Below, piece by piece: positions 27,989 to 38,719 of a DNA stretch of 64,000 bases. Numbering within the stretch: the stretch's first letter is position 1; each line of letters starts with the position of its first letter. The notes beneath the pieces were generated by a model. That model was given only the letters and a program-made list of their open reading frames with translations. It made no database searches and was not told where the DNA came from. This DNA is from an uncultured Candidatus Actinomarina sp. (lineage in GTDB: Bacteria > Actinomycetota > Acidimicrobiia > Actinomarinales > Actinomarinaceae): NCBI GenBank assembly GCA_902578135.1, contig CACHBU010000003.1, forward strand, positions 9,001 through 73,000, given 5' to 3'. The position numbers and the translations under genes were made by a program.

Positions 27989-28795
27989 TTAAAAACGACC
28001 CTTTAATTCATCATGTATATTTGAAAAAACTATATTTTTAAACTCATCATGAATTTCAGAACTAGATGCTACTAATAAATTTGACTTTGTAGAAGGAAAA
28101 TTATCAGTTTCATCAACTACTTTTCCACCCGCTTCTTCCAAGATTAAGCTTGCACCTAATGTGTCCCATGGCTTCATAAAAAATTCAAAATAAGCATCAA
28201 ATTTGTTATCTGCAATCCAACAAACATCTAATGCTGCACTACCAAATCTTCTTATTCCACCACAAGATTTTAATACAGCTTCAAATGTTGGTATATATTG
28301 ATCAGAATGGTGGACTCTGTCATATGGAAAACCCGTTGCGACAATTGCTTTCTGCATGGAAGTGCTTTTTGAAACCTCTAGTTTTTCGCTATTTTTAAAT
28401 GCACCACTACCTTTATATCCCTCATATAAAATCTCATTGTAAATATCAAAAACATAGGCTTGTGTTGGTGAGCTATCTTCTATAAGCATTAATGTAATTG
28501 CAACCTGGGGTATATCATTTGCATAATTTACAGTCCCATCTAGTGGATCAATTACCCAAAATCTGTTTGCTTTTGGATTAATTGTTTCTGACTCTTCAGA
28601 GATTATTCCGTCATTTGGAAATTCTTTTTTAATAGCATTTATAAGAATTTCTTCTGATCTTAAGTCAGCTTCCGTGACCAAATCTACTTCATGTTTTTTT
28701 GAAAATACCTTTACTCCTTCTCGTAGTTGTTTGATCGTTGATGCAGATTCGTAAACTGCATTTTTTAATAAATGAATATCAAAATTTTGATTCAT
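27989..28795 (-). CDS. Inositol monophosphatase family protein (SuhB/ImpA-like)
   Basis: WVIDPLDGTVNY and the ...AALD... region are typical of IMPase. Confidence 0.85.
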   Translation of the reverse strand: MNQNFDIHLLKNAVYESASTIKQLREGVKVFSKKHEVDLVTEADLRSEEILINAIKKEFPNDGIISEESETINPKANRFWVIDPLDGTVNYANDIPQVAITLMLIEDSSPTQAYVFDIYNEILYEGYKGSGAFKNSEKLEVSKSTSMQKAIVATGFPYDRVHHSDQYIPTFEAVLKSCGGIRRFGSAALDVCWIADNKFDAYFEFFMKPWDTLGASLILEEAGGKVVDETDNFPSTKSNLLVASSSEIHDEFKNIVFSNIHDELKGRF

Positions 28796-28798
28796 ATT

Positions 28799-30889
28799 TT
28801 ATACAGAGTGTTGCTGTCCAGAATTAATAAAGTCTTGAGCATATATACCTGCCCTTGAGATTGACTTAAGCTCAAGCCAAGTAAATGGGTTTTCTGAAAT
28901 ATTTTTCACATAGTCAAAAAATATTTGAAGAGACTCCTTATGCCCTTTTCCTGATGAAAATACTTTACTTTTATCTTGATTGTTTTCTAAATATCTCAAT
29001 AACTGGAAGTCTTCAATTATGTATGAATTTCCTCCACCATGGATTTCTATTCTCTCTTTTGCAAGGCTTTGATTTGTTTCAGAAAAATATTGAATTGCAG
29101 CATGAGAGCCATTAGCAAAGTTAACACTAATAAATACTTGGTTTTCATTGGCTTCACTGTTGTCTTTATTAATTGGGGCTGAAGATGCAACACTTTGTGG
29201 CAGAGAATCAAACAAATAGCAAGCTAAATCAATTGCGTGAATGGCTTCACCAACAATTCTTCCACCACCTATCTCTTTCATGTTTGTCCAATGATCTTTA
29301 TCTAAAGGAGGAACGCTAAATCTAAAAGTTATACTGTTTGCAGCTTTAGCGTTGAGTTGCTGTTTTACAAATTGTGTAGCAGTTGCAAATCTTCTATTAA
29401 ATCCTACAAACAGTTTTGGATTCTCAGAGTTATAGATTGCTTCTTCAATTTCAATTAATGACTCTTCAGTCAGTGCTAAAGGCTTTTCTACATAGATTGC
29501 CTTTCCTTTATTAAGAGCTTTAATTACAAGTTCACTGTGATTGAAATGCGGGGTCAAAATTAACACAGCATCAATTTCTTCAGAATTAAGTATTTCCTCT
29601 TCTGTAGGATATTTATTTTTTATTTTAAAATTTGTTGCAAGGGATTCTGAGCTCAAACCTGTTGACGATGCAATGCCTAAGACTTGACAGTCTTTTTTCA
29701 ATTCTTTTAAAATTGGCAAAATTGTCGTAGAAGCAAAATTGCCAGCACCTAGAATCCCCAAATTAACTTTTTCAGTTTTTGGTTCAAGCTCGACAGTTCT
29801 CTGAAGATCTATTTTAGGTTCTGACTTATTGTCATATCTCAAAACAATTGAAAGTGGCTTATCTTCTCCAGAAAATTTTTTGTATATAGAAGGTGCGTTT
29901 TCAAATGAAACCTCCTCGGTAACTAAATCTAATAAGTGAATTTGATTTTGTGACAGTAGCTTAATAAAGGCTTCGAAATTTCTATTCTCAGTCCACCTAA
30001 CATACTCAATTGGATAATCTTTTCCAAGAATTTCATATTGCTTATCATATCTACCTGGACCATAAGACTTTGAAACAACAAGCTCCAATTCTTTATAATA
30101 AAAATCATTTCTTGAAATATTTAACGGTATATCTCCAACAACTACAATCTTTGCTTTGTTTCTTGCAACTTTAGTAGCAACCTCTATTGGTTCGTTACTA
30201 GATGTTGCTGCAGTGATAATTACAGAATCTACATTTGTCATATTTGCTTCTTCAACAGAAGTGTAAAAATTTGTACTCATATCAGTTCTTTTTGTATCTG
30301 GATCAATACCAATAACCTCAGATCCTTGTGCTTCAGCTAAACGGCAAACTAATTGTCCAATAATTCCTAAACCAATTACAACTACTTTTGATCCAAGTGA
30401 AGTCTCTGAAAGTCTCAATCCATGTAGAGCGATGCTACCTAGTACAGTAAAAGAAGCTTCTTTAATGTCTGTATTATCTGGAATTCGAGTACAAAGGTTC
30501 TGATTTACGACAACATATTCGGCATGATTTCCATTTGAAACTACTTTATCTCCGGTATGAAAATCGCTTACACCTTTTCCAGTTTGCACAACTTCACCTG
30601 AAGAGCTGTAGCCTAACTGAAGAGGTAATATATTTTTTGGAAATACTGCATTCCAGACTGCTCTAATTCCATCGTCTTTCAATAGTTTTAAGCCTTTTTC
30701 TATATTCGAAGAATTTTGTAGCTTTTCACTTACTCCTGTGTTTGCAAATTCGATAGCTGCTAATTCTGTCCCGGAAGAGACAACAGAATAATGGTTTTTA
30801 ATAAGCACTTCTCCCGGACCAGGTTTCGGAATTGGTGTATCCAAAAGAATTGGATCTGGATTATTCTTCTCAACTACTAATTGTTTCAT
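28799..30889 (-). CDS. Bi-domain oxidoreductase: N-terminal MDR zinc-type alcohol dehydrogenase fused to C-terminal Gfo/Idh/MocA oxidoreductase
   Basis: 696 aa. The N-terminal half has a GroES-like fold and Rossmann motif (VVVIGLGIIGQL). The C-terminal half begins a second Rossmann fold (LGILGAGNFAS) followed by EKPLA, typical of Gfo/Idh/MocA. Confidence 0.7.
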   Translation of the reverse strand: MKQLVVEKNNPDPILLDTPIPKPGPGEVLIKNHYSVVSSGTELAAIEFANTGVSEKLQNSSNIEKGLKLLKDDGIRAVWNAVFPKNILPLQLGYSSSGEVVQTGKGVSDFHTGDKVVSNGNHAEYVVVNQNLCTRIPDNTDIKEASFTVLGSIALHGLRLSETSLGSKVVVIGLGIIGQLVCRLAEAQGSEVIGIDPDTKRTDMSTNFYTSVEEANMTNVDSVIITAATSSNEPIEVATKVARNKAKIVVVGDIPLNISRNDFYYKELELVVSKSYGPGRYDKQYEILGKDYPIEYVRWTENRNFEAFIKLLSQNQIHLLDLVTEEVSFENAPSIYKKFSGEDKPLSIVLRYDNKSEPKIDLQRTVELEPKTEKVNLGILGAGNFASTTILPILKELKKDCQVLGIASSTGLSSESLATNFKIKNKYPTEEEILNSEEIDAVLILTPHFNHSELVIKALNKGKAIYVEKPLALTEESLIEIEEAIYNSENPKLFVGFNRRFATATQFVKQQLNAKAANSITFRFSVPPLDKDHWTNMKEIGGGRIVGEAIHAIDLACYLFDSLPQSVASSAPINKDNSEANENQVFISVNFANGSHAAIQYFSETNQSLAKERIEIHGGGNSYIIEDFQLLRYLENNQDKSKVFSSGKGHKESLQIFFDYVKNISENPFTWLELKSISRAGIYAQDFINSGQQHSV

Positions 30890-30913
30890 TTGTTTCCTGC
30901 TTATTAATGATAA

Positions 30914-31570
30914 CTAATTTACTTCTGAAATTAAGGGAGAGGTTAAATTTATAATCTCTCCTTCAGTTGTCTTAATTCTTAATGAACCATTTTCATTTAT
31001 GTCTTCTGCCCAACCTCTTCCTTCCGGATATTCAACAATCTTTCCTAATGTTTGCAGTTTTGCTTTATAACGTTCTAATGAAAAACTATTTTTTGTTATA
31101 GACTCATAAACTTTTTCAGCCCATTTAATTGCATGATCTTTAATTAACTCTTCTTCCTGAGCTTCAGTAAAAAGTGCACCAGCATTAGGTACTTCAGGAT
31201 TTTTCCAAAAGTAATTAACACCTATACCAATACAAATTTTTTCCTCAACACGTTGAACTAAAACACCCCCAACTTTTAAATCATTAACTATTAAGTCATT
31301 GGGCCATTTTAAAAATATTGGTGACTCTGAAAGCACTTCTGTAAAACACAATCCAGAAAGTAACGGTATTAATGTTTCATCTAACTTACTGTCGTCTTTG
31401 TTAAAAGCAAGAGAACAAGCTAATGATTGGTCAGCATTTAACCAGCTTCTGTTTGAAGTACCTTTCCCTTTTTCTTGGTGAAAGCTAATTACAAGTATTG
31501 GTTCACTGTTTAATTCCTCTAATGCAAATTCTTGTGTATTGTATATGGAATCAAAAAAAAAGGCCTTCAT
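30914..31570 (-). CDS. birA: Biotin-[acetyl-CoA-carboxylase] ligase, group I (no HTH domain)
   Basis: GKGTSNRSW and KWPNDLIVNDLKVGGVLV motifs. 218 aa. Confidence 0.85.
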   Translation of the reverse strand: MKAFFFDSIYNTQEFALEELNSEPILVISFHQEKGKGTSNRSWLNADQSLACSLAFNKDDSKLDETLIPLLSGLCFTEVLSESPIFLKWPNDLIVNDLKVGGVLVQRVEEKICIGIGVNYFWKNPEVPNAGALFTEAQEEELIKDHAIKWAEKVYESITKNSFSLERYKAKLQTLGKIVEYPEGRGWAEDINENGSLRIKTTEGEIINLTSPLISEVN

Positions 31571-31629
31571 AGTGTTACTTCTTTACATATATATGGGTCA
31601 AATACATACATTAACAATAAACAGGAAAG

Positions 31630-33123
31630 ATGGGCATGTCAGACGAAAATTTAGCTGAAATTCGCAATGAAAAAGCTAAAAAAATTCAACATCCTAAAGG
31701 AAAATTAACAGCTTATGAAAGGCTTAATTTACTTTTAGATGAGGGGTCTTTTAGCGAAATTGATCAGCATGTAGCATCAGATGAAAACCCTGAGGGTGAA
31801 GCTGTTATCACAGGAACTGGCACAATACATGGAAGACCAGTTTTTGTATTTAGTGAAGATTTTTCTGTGATGGGAGGAAGCCTTGGTGAAGTAGTTGCCA
31901 AAAAAATTCTAAAGATTATGGACCATGCTCTAGAAGCTAGAGCTCCAATTATTGGAATTAAAGATTCGGGTGGTGCAAGAATTCAAGAAGGAATTTCATC
32001 GCTCTTTGGCTATGCTCAAATATTTAAAAAAAATGTAGAAGCCTCAGGCAAAGTTCCGCAAATTTCTGTTGTAGTTGGACCGTCTGCAGGAGGAGCTGTA
32101 TATAGTCCTGCTTTAACAGACTTTATTTTTCAAGTAAAAGACATAGGACAATTATATGTGACCGGTCCAGCAGTAGTCAAAACTGTAACAGGTGAAGATG
32201 TAACATTTGAAGAACTGGGTGGTGTTGAAGCTCATGGAACAAAATCTGGAGTTACTCATCAAGTGTGTGAGACTGAAGAACAAGCTTTTGAAGAAATTAG
32301 ATACCTTATGAGCTTTCTTCCTCAGTCTTCTTCTCAAAAACCTCCTATGTTTATAACTGAAGATGAACCATCACGAGTTATTGAGTCACTCGATAGTTTT
32401 ATACCTGAAAACAGAAATCAACCTTATGATATGGAAAAAATAATTTTGGATATTGTTGATGATGGTGAACATTATCCCATACAAAGTAATTACGCTACAA
32501 ACATCATTACTTCGTTTACAAGAATAAATGGAAATACAACAGGCATAGTTGCTAACCAACCAATGGAGCTTGCAGGAGTATTAGATATTAAAGCCTCAGA
32601 AAAAGCCGCAAGGTTTGTAAGGTTTTGTGATGCCTTCAATATACCTATTTTGACACTAGTTGATGTGCCTGGATTTCTGCCCGGAGTTGAGCAAGAACAT
32701 AGTGGAATAATTAGAAGTGGTGCAAAGCTTTTGTATGCTTACTCTGAGGCGACTGTTCCAAGAGTTTGTGTAGTAATTAGAAAAGCATATGGAGGAGCAT
32801 ATATTGTAATGGATTCAATTGGACTTGGTGCTGACAAGCTTTTTGCATGGCCGAGTGGTGAAATTGCAGTAATGGGGGCCGAAGGTGCTGTAGATATTAT
32901 TAACAGAAGAGAGTTAGCTGAAGCAGAGGATAGAGACTCCTATAAAGAAAAACTTGTTGAGGAGTATAATAAAAAATTCAGTAATCCTGATATTGCTGCT
33001 CAACTTGGATTAATTGATAATATTATTAAACCAAGTGAGACAAGAAAAGTTATTGTTGACTCATTTAAAGATTTAGTAAATAAGGGAGAGTTGGGAGATA
33101 AGCATGGAAACATACCCCTCTAA
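31630..33123 (+). CDS. Acyl-CoA carboxylase carboxyltransferase beta subunit (AccD5/PccB-like)
   Basis: 497 aa, two crotonase-like CT domains, with motifs MGGSLGE and KAYGGAYIVM. Confidence 0.9.
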   Translation: MGMSDENLAEIRNEKAKKIQHPKGKLTAYERLNLLLDEGSFSEIDQHVASDENPEGEAVITGTGTIHGRPVFVFSEDFSVMGGSLGEVVAKKILKIMDHALEARAPIIGIKDSGGARIQEGISSLFGYAQIFKKNVEASGKVPQISVVVGPSAGGAVYSPALTDFIFQVKDIGQLYVTGPAVVKTVTGEDVTFEELGGVEAHGTKSGVTHQVCETEEQAFEEIRYLMSFLPQSSSQKPPMFITEDEPSRVIESLDSFIPENRNQPYDMEKIILDIVDDGEHYPIQSNYATNIITSFTRINGNTTGIVANQPMELAGVLDIKASEKAARFVRFCDAFNIPILTLVDVPGFLPGVEQEHSGIIRSGAKLLYAYSEATVPRVCVVIRKAYGGAYIVMDSIGLGADKLFAWPSGEIAVMGAEGAVDIINRRELAEAEDRDSYKEKLVEEYNKKFSNPDIAAQLGLIDNIIKPSETRKVIVDSFKDLVNKGELGDKHGNIPL

Positions 33124-33643
33124 AAATATTGCAATATCTTGGGTTGAAAAAGGAAGCTTGGCAAGAAACCTATTTCTTTCACTTGGTTTTGCAATCGTTA
33201 CAGCTTTAAGCGCACAAATACGAATAGTAATTCCAATATCACCAGTCCCAATAACTGGACAAACATTTGTAGTTTTATTAGCTGGTCTTGTTTTAGGAAG
33301 CACTTTTGGTGCAGTAAGCATGTTGATGTATTTATTTATAGGAATGTCAGGTCTTCCATTCTTTTCTGCAGGTGTTGCCGGTTTAGCAATTCTTAAGAGC
33401 CCAACTATCGGATATATCGTTGGATTTTTTCTTGCTGCATATGCAATAGGACAGTTTGCGAATAGACCTATTACTGGAATTCTACTTGGTTCGTTAATCA
33501 TTTATTCGTGTGGAGTAGCTGGGTTAATTTTAATTTTGAATACATCATTACAAAATGCAATCACAATTGGAGTTATTCCATTCTTGATTGGTGACTTTAT
33601 AAAATCATTTTTAGCAATAGCTCTTGCATATAAATTAAAGTAA
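33104..33643 (+). CDS. bioY: Biotin transporter BioY
   Basis: 179 aa, 5-6 TM. PITGQTFVVLLAGLVLG is typical of BioY. It overlaps the preceding gene by 20 nt. Confidence 0.85.
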   Translation: METYPSKNIAISWVEKGSLARNLFLSLGFAIVTALSAQIRIVIPISPVPITGQTFVVLLAGLVLGSTFGAVSMLMYLFIGMSGLPFFSAGVAGLAILKSPTIGYIVGFFLAAYAIGQFANRPITGILLGSLIIYSCGVAGLILILNTSLQNAITIGVIPFLIGDFIKSFLAIALAYKLK

Positions 33644-33645
33644 TA

Positions 33646-35343
33646 ATGTCACAACAAAGAATCCTTATTGCAAACCGTGGTGAAATTGCTTTACGTATAA
33701 TTCGCTCAGCAAAAGAAATGGATATGTACACAATTGCTGTTTATTCGGATGCGGATGAAGATGCCCTTCATGTCAAAAGAGCAGATGAAGCTTATTATCT
33801 AGGTGGTTCTCTTCCTGCAGAAAGCTATAGAAATTTAAAAAAACTAGTGAAAGCAGCCACAGACACAAAGGCTGATTTAGTTCATCCAGGTTATGGATTT
33901 CTAGCTGAAAATTCAGACTTTGCGAAAGCTATTCAAAAAAAAGGGATTGTCTGGATAGGACCAAGTCCTGAAATAATTAGATCAATGGGAGACAAGATTG
34001 AATCAAGAAAGCTTGTTTCAAAATTAGGTTTAAATCCCGTACCGGGTCAACTTAAGCCATCAAGACTAAGACGTGAAGCTATAAAAGATGCTGAGAGCTT
34101 CGGGTATCCAGTTGCTTTAAAGGCCGCACATGGTGGTGGTGGAAAAGGTTTAAGGATTGTTCAGAATGAAGCAGAACTAATCGAAAATTTTGAGATAGTA
34201 AAAAGAGAAAGTGAAGCATATTTTGGTTCAGACCAGATTTATGTTGAGAAATTTATAAAACCAGCTCGTCACATTGAAACACAAATTCTTTCAGATAAAT
34301 ACGGAAATACACTTTATTTGGGTGAAAGGGACTGTTCACTACAAAGAAGAAACCAAAAATTAATTGAAGAAAGTCCACCTGAATGGCTCTCAGATTACGG
34401 AAGAGAAAGACTCAAAGAATATACTTTGAAAATTGCTAGTAGTTCTAATTACATAAATGCAGGTACAGTTGAGTTTTTAGCAGATGGTGATGAAAATTTT
34501 TACTTTTTAGAAATGAACACACGACTGCAAGTTGAACATACTGTAACAGAAATGAGATACGGTATTGATTTAGTAAAGGAGCAAATCAAAATTGCACTTG
34601 GAAACTCTCTTGAAGATTACAAGTTAGAACCTAGAGGGCACAGTATCGAATTCAGAATAAATGCTGAAGACCCTACTAATAATTTTTTACCAACCCCTGG
34701 AACAATTACTGAATACAGAGAACCGACTGGCAATGGTGTGCGTGTCGATGGATGGGCAAGAACTGGAACGCAAATAACACATTTTTATGACAATCTAATT
34801 TCGAAACTTATTGTCTGGGGGGTCTCAAGAGAAGAAGCAAGATCAAAAGGTATAAGGTGCTTAGAGGAATATATTATAGGAGGAATCCCAACAACAATAA
34901 ATGTGCTGGCTGATATTTTAAAAACTAAAGAATTTATAAATAGTCAAATTCACGTTAAGTTTCTTGAAGAAAATTTTGAAATTCGTGATATTGAAGATGA
35001 AGAAATTTCATCAGATAGGCCAAGTAAAGTAAAAATATCTCTTGATGACAACAACAATCCAACTCTTGCTCCACAAAGACCAAAGAAAATTGGAATGGAT
35101 CTGACAGGAAATATTAGAAATCCAGGATTAATTTTTGCTGAAATGCAGGGAACAATTATGGAAACTATGACGAAGCAGGGTAAAAAAGTTAAAAAAGGTG
35201 ACTCCTTATTTGTTCTTGAAGCTATGAAAATGGAAAATGTAATAATTTCACCGATTGATGGAGTTATAAAAACTTACAATGTTCAAAAAGGACAACCTGT
35301 AAAAAAAGGTGACCTTTTAGTAGAGATAGAAACAAGATTCTAA
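33646..35343 (+). CDS. Acetyl/propionyl-CoA carboxylase alpha subunit (biotin carboxylase plus BCCP domain)
   Basis: ILIANRGEIA, GGGGKG, and C-terminal biotinylation motif LEAMKMENV. Confidence 0.92.
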   Translation: MSQQRILIANRGEIALRIIRSAKEMDMYTIAVYSDADEDALHVKRADEAYYLGGSLPAESYRNLKKLVKAATDTKADLVHPGYGFLAENSDFAKAIQKKGIVWIGPSPEIIRSMGDKIESRKLVSKLGLNPVPGQLKPSRLRREAIKDAESFGYPVALKAAHGGGGKGLRIVQNEAELIENFEIVKRESEAYFGSDQIYVEKFIKPARHIETQILSDKYGNTLYLGERDCSLQRRNQKLIEESPPEWLSDYGRERLKEYTLKIASSSNYINAGTVEFLADGDENFYFLEMNTRLQVEHTVTEMRYGIDLVKEQIKIALGNSLEDYKLEPRGHSIEFRINAEDPTNNFLPTPGTITEYREPTGNGVRVDGWARTGTQITHFYDNLISKLIVWGVSREEARSKGIRCLEEYIIGGIPTTINVLADILKTKEFINSQIHVKFLEENFEIRDIEDEEISSDRPSKVKISLDDNNNPTLAPQRPKKIGMDLTGNIRNPGLIFAEMQGTIMETMTKQGKKVKKGDSLFVLEAMKMENVIISPIDGVIKTYNVQKGQPVKKGDLLVEIETRF

Positions 35344-35717
35344 TGATTTTTGGTATTGGTGTTGACCAGGTTGATATAAAAAGAGTTCGATCTCTGTTAA
35401 AGAAATCAGGAAGTAGATTTGAAAATAGATGCTTTACAGTTGATGAAATTTTGTATTCAAAAAGATTTGCTGATCCAGCAAAAAGATTAAGTGCAAGATT
35501 TGCTGCAAAAGAGGCCATTATGAAATCTTTAGGAAAAGGTTGGAGACAAATTAATTGGAAAGATATTGAAATAACTGGTGGGGGTAAGCCCGAGGTAATT
35601 CTATATGGAAAAGCTAAAGAGTTAGCTAAACAAATGAATATATTTAATATTCATATTTCTTTATCTCACGAAGAGGATAAGGCAATTGCTTTTGCTATAT
35701 CAGAATTAGACAAATGA
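35343..35717 (+). CDS. acpS: Holo-ACP synthase
   Basis: GIGVDQVDIKR and FAAKEAIMKSLG motifs. 124 aa. Confidence 0.88.
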   Translation: MIFGIGVDQVDIKRVRSLLKKSGSRFENRCFTVDEILYSKRFADPAKRLSARFAAKEAIMKSLGKGWRQINWKDIEITGGGKPEVILYGKAKELAKQMNIFNIHISLSHEEDKAIAFAISELDK

Positions 35718-36625
35718 GTTGGGTTGCAATGTTCCCCGGACAAGGCTCTCAACAAGCCGGAATGGGTAAAGAGTTACTAGACAAATACTCAAATTTACTT
35801 ATTGATGATTTTGAAGAGACCCTTGGATGGTCATTACAGGAAATTATATTAAAAGGTAATCAAGAAGAGGTAACAAAAACAAACATTGCACAACCATACA
35901 TTTTTGCTATTTCATATTGCTATGGCTTAGAAGTAATTGAAAAAATTGGTTTACCTAAAGTAGGTATCGGACACTCGCTTGGTGAATACACAGCTCTATC
36001 ACTTTCAGGAATTTTGAGTTACAGAGATGCACTAGAAATTATTGCTGTAAGAGGTAAGGCGATGCAGGAAGCTGTAGAGGGATCAAATACAGCTTTGGCT
36101 GCAGTGCTTACTTCAAATTTAGAGGCAACAATTAAGGCTGTGGAGGGTTTGATTGAACAAGGTATAGGTATAAATATTTCAAACTACAACGATGCTTCTC
36201 AGATTGTTATTGGCGGTTCTCACGAAGATATTAATTATTTGAAATCAAACCCTAAAGATTTAGATGCAAAAAGAGTTATTCCACTCGATGTGGCGGGTGC
36301 ATTCCATTCTCCAGTAGTCTCTTCTGCAAAAAAAGAAGTCGAGAAAGTAATTGAACAAATTGAATTAAAAGATGGTCAATTTAGTGTTTATATGAATATT
36401 GATGCAAATATCGCAGAACTTTCAACAATTAAAGAACGGTTGGTAAATCAAATAGATAATAGTGTTATGTTTTATAACCAGATACTAAATATTGAAAAAT
36501 TTGAACAACCTGAGAGTTGGTATCATATCGGACCTGGAAATGTAACTGCTGGGATGGTTAAAAAGTCTATATCTAGTAAGAGTGTTAAGGTAGTTAATTC
36601 GTTAGACTCTTTAAACAATATTTAA
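35714..36625 (+). CDS. fabD: Malonyl-CoA:ACP transacylase
   Basis: FPGQGSQQAGMG and GHSLGEYTAL active-site motifs. Confidence 0.92.
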   Translation: MSWVAMFPGQGSQQAGMGKELLDKYSNLLIDDFEETLGWSLQEIILKGNQEEVTKTNIAQPYIFAISYCYGLEVIEKIGLPKVGIGHSLGEYTALSLSGILSYRDALEIIAVRGKAMQEAVEGSNTALAAVLTSNLEATIKAVEGLIEQGIGINISNYNDASQIVIGGSHEDINYLKSNPKDLDAKRVIPLDVAGAFHSPVVSSAKKEVEKVIEQIELKDGQFSVYMNIDANIAELSTIKERLVNQIDNSVMFYNQILNIEKFEQPESWYHIGPGNVTAGMVKKSISSKSVKVVNSLDSLNNI

Positions 36626-36638
36626 ATAGGAGAAATTT

Positions 36639-37733
36639 TTGAAATCAACAATTACCGGTTGGGGTAAATGCGCACCTGATAACATCATGACAAATGATGA
36701 TTTAGCAGTTTTTGTGGACACTTCCGATGAATGGATTCAGCAAAGGACTGGAATACAGGAGAGAAGATTTTGCCATGTAAACAATTCTGATATGGCAACA
36801 GTTGCTGGTCACCATGCAATAGCTTGTGCGGGATTAACACCAGAGGATATTGATGTTGTAATACTTGCAACTTGTACTCCTGACAGCATTGTTCCATCTG
36901 CAGCAGCTCATGTGCAGAAAAAATTAGGTGCAGTTAATGCTGCAGTATATGATGTCAATGCAGCATGTGCCGGTTTTGTTTATGCTTTGGAGCAAGGAAA
37001 AGCTTTTGTTGAAAGTGGTTTGTATAAACGAGCTTTAGTTATTGGTTCAGAGCATATTACATGGTTATTAGATTGGTCTGATAGAAATACTGCTGTTTTA
37101 TTTGGAGATGGTGCAGGAGCTGTTGTTGTAGAAGAAAGCAAAGATTCTGAAGATGGTGAAATATTTTCTTTTGTAAATGGACTGAGTTCAGATAAGTTAG
37201 ACATTCTTGAGGTTCCGAACTTTGGATCAGCTATGGATAGGTTCAAAACAGATGAAGCTGCAAGAGTTAGATGGACATTCGATGGGCAAGAAATTTTTAA
37301 AGGTGGAATAAGAGCCATGGCAAAAGCATCAGATGAAGTGATTACTAAATCTGGTTTATCTAAAGCAGATGTTGATATATTGATTCCACATCAAGCGAAT
37401 TTAAGAATTGTTGAAGGTCTAGAAAAAATGTTGAAATTACCTAATGCAACGACAATAAAAAAGGTTCATAAGTACGGAAACACCTCAGCAGCCTCAATAC
37501 CAACAGCTTTAGTTGATGCATTAGAAGAAGGTGAAATTAAAGGTGGCGAAGTTGCTGTTTTTACAGCAGTTGGTGCTGGACTTTCTTGGGGCGCATGCGC
37601 AGTACGTTTAGGTAAGAGAACTACTCCAATCAATACTTCTGATGCTAAGCTTCCTGATTTTGATGGAAAAGCAGTTGATACGATTAGAAGAGCTATTGAG
37701 TATCAGATTCCTGACAAACTAGATCTGATATGA
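36639..37733 (+). CDS. fabH: 3-oxoacyl-ACP synthase III, TTG start
   Basis: NAACAGF (active-site Cys), HQANLRI and GNTSAASIP. AGGAGA SD lies 6 nt upstream. Confidence 0.9.
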   Translation: MKSTITGWGKCAPDNIMTNDDLAVFVDTSDEWIQQRTGIQERRFCHVNNSDMATVAGHHAIACAGLTPEDIDVVILATCTPDSIVPSAAAHVQKKLGAVNAAVYDVNAACAGFVYALEQGKAFVESGLYKRALVIGSEHITWLLDWSDRNTAVLFGDGAGAVVVEESKDSEDGEIFSFVNGLSSDKLDILEVPNFGSAMDRFKTDEAARVRWTFDGQEIFKGGIRAMAKASDEVITKSGLSKADVDILIPHQANLRIVEGLEKMLKLPNATTIKKVHKYGNTSAASIPTALVDALEEGEIKGGEVAVFTAVGAGLSWGACAVRLGKRTTPINTSDAKLPDFDGKAVDTIRRAIEYQIPDKLDLI

Positions 37734-38458
37734 AAACAGCATTTGTAACAGGAGGCTCTAGGGGCATAGGAAGTGCTATTGCATTAGCTCTTGGAAAAAC
37801 TTTTCATGTAGTAGTTGGTTTTGCTAACTCAGAAGACAAAGCCAGTGATGTTGTTAAAGAAATTGTCGCTGCTGGTGGAAGCGCAAGTACAGTTCAGATT
37901 GATATATCTGATGCTGAATCTGTAGATAATGCCTTTACAACAATAGAAAAAGAGTACAACTCTGTAGATGTTTTAATCAATAATGCGGGGGTTACAAAAG
38001 ATAATATATTGCCGAGAATGAAGGAAGATGAGTGGCTTGAAGTAATTCAGACAAACCTAACAGGAAGTTTTTATACATCGCAAAGAGCTATAAAGCTTAT
38101 GATGAAAAATAAATGGGGAAGAATCGTATTTATATCTTCCGTAGTTGGACTATCAGGCAACCAGGGTCAGGCAAACTATGCTGCATCAAAAGCTGGATTA
38201 ATAGGGTTGGCGAAATCGATAAGTAAAGAGATGGGTTCAAGAAATATAACATCAAACGTAGTTGCCCCGGGATATATTGAAACAGACATGACTTCTTTTT
38301 TAGATGATCAAAATAAGGAAAATATTATAGAGCAACTATCAATTAAACGCATAGGTAAGCCAGAAGATATTTCAAACATAGTATCTTTTTTATGCAATGA
38401 CGAGTCAGAATATATAACAGGACAAGTTATACCAGTAGATGGCGGTTTAACAACGTAA
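37730..38458 (+). CDS. fabG: 3-oxoacyl-ACP reductase
   Basis: TGGSRGIG, NNAG and YAASKAG SDR motifs. Confidence 0.9.
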   Translation: MKTAFVTGGSRGIGSAIALALGKTFHVVVGFANSEDKASDVVKEIVAAGGSASTVQIDISDAESVDNAFTTIEKEYNSVDVLINNAGVTKDNILPRMKEDEWLEVIQTNLTGSFYTSQRAIKLMMKNKWGRIVFISSVVGLSGNQGQANYAASKAGLIGLAKSISKEMGSRNITSNVVAPGYIETDMTSFLDDQNKENIIEQLSIKRIGKPEDISNIVSFLCNDESEYITGQVIPVDGGLTT

Positions 38459-38471
38459 TTAGGGAGTAATT

Positions 38472-38711
38472 ATGGAAACAAATGAAGTTTTTGATAAAGT
38501 AAAGGGTCTTTTTGTTGAAGATCTAGGAATAGATGAATCAAAAGTCACAATGGAAGCAAAATTAGAAGAAGATTTAGAAATTGATTCATTAGGAATAGTA
38601 GAAGTAGTAATGGCTTTTGAAGATGAGTTTGACATTGAAATTGATGATGAAGAACTAGCAGATGTCTCAACTGTTGGTGAAGCTGTTAAATTACTTCATT
38701 CTAAGATCTAA
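38472..38711 (+). CDS. acpP: Acyl carrier protein
   Basis: 79 aa, acidic, with phosphopantetheine site LEIDSLGIVE. Confidence 0.92.
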   Translation: METNEVFDKVKGLFVEDLGIDESKVTMEAKLEEDLEIDSLGIVEVVMAFEDEFDIEIDDEELADVSTVGEAVKLLHSKI

Positions 38712-38719
38712 ATCTTATC

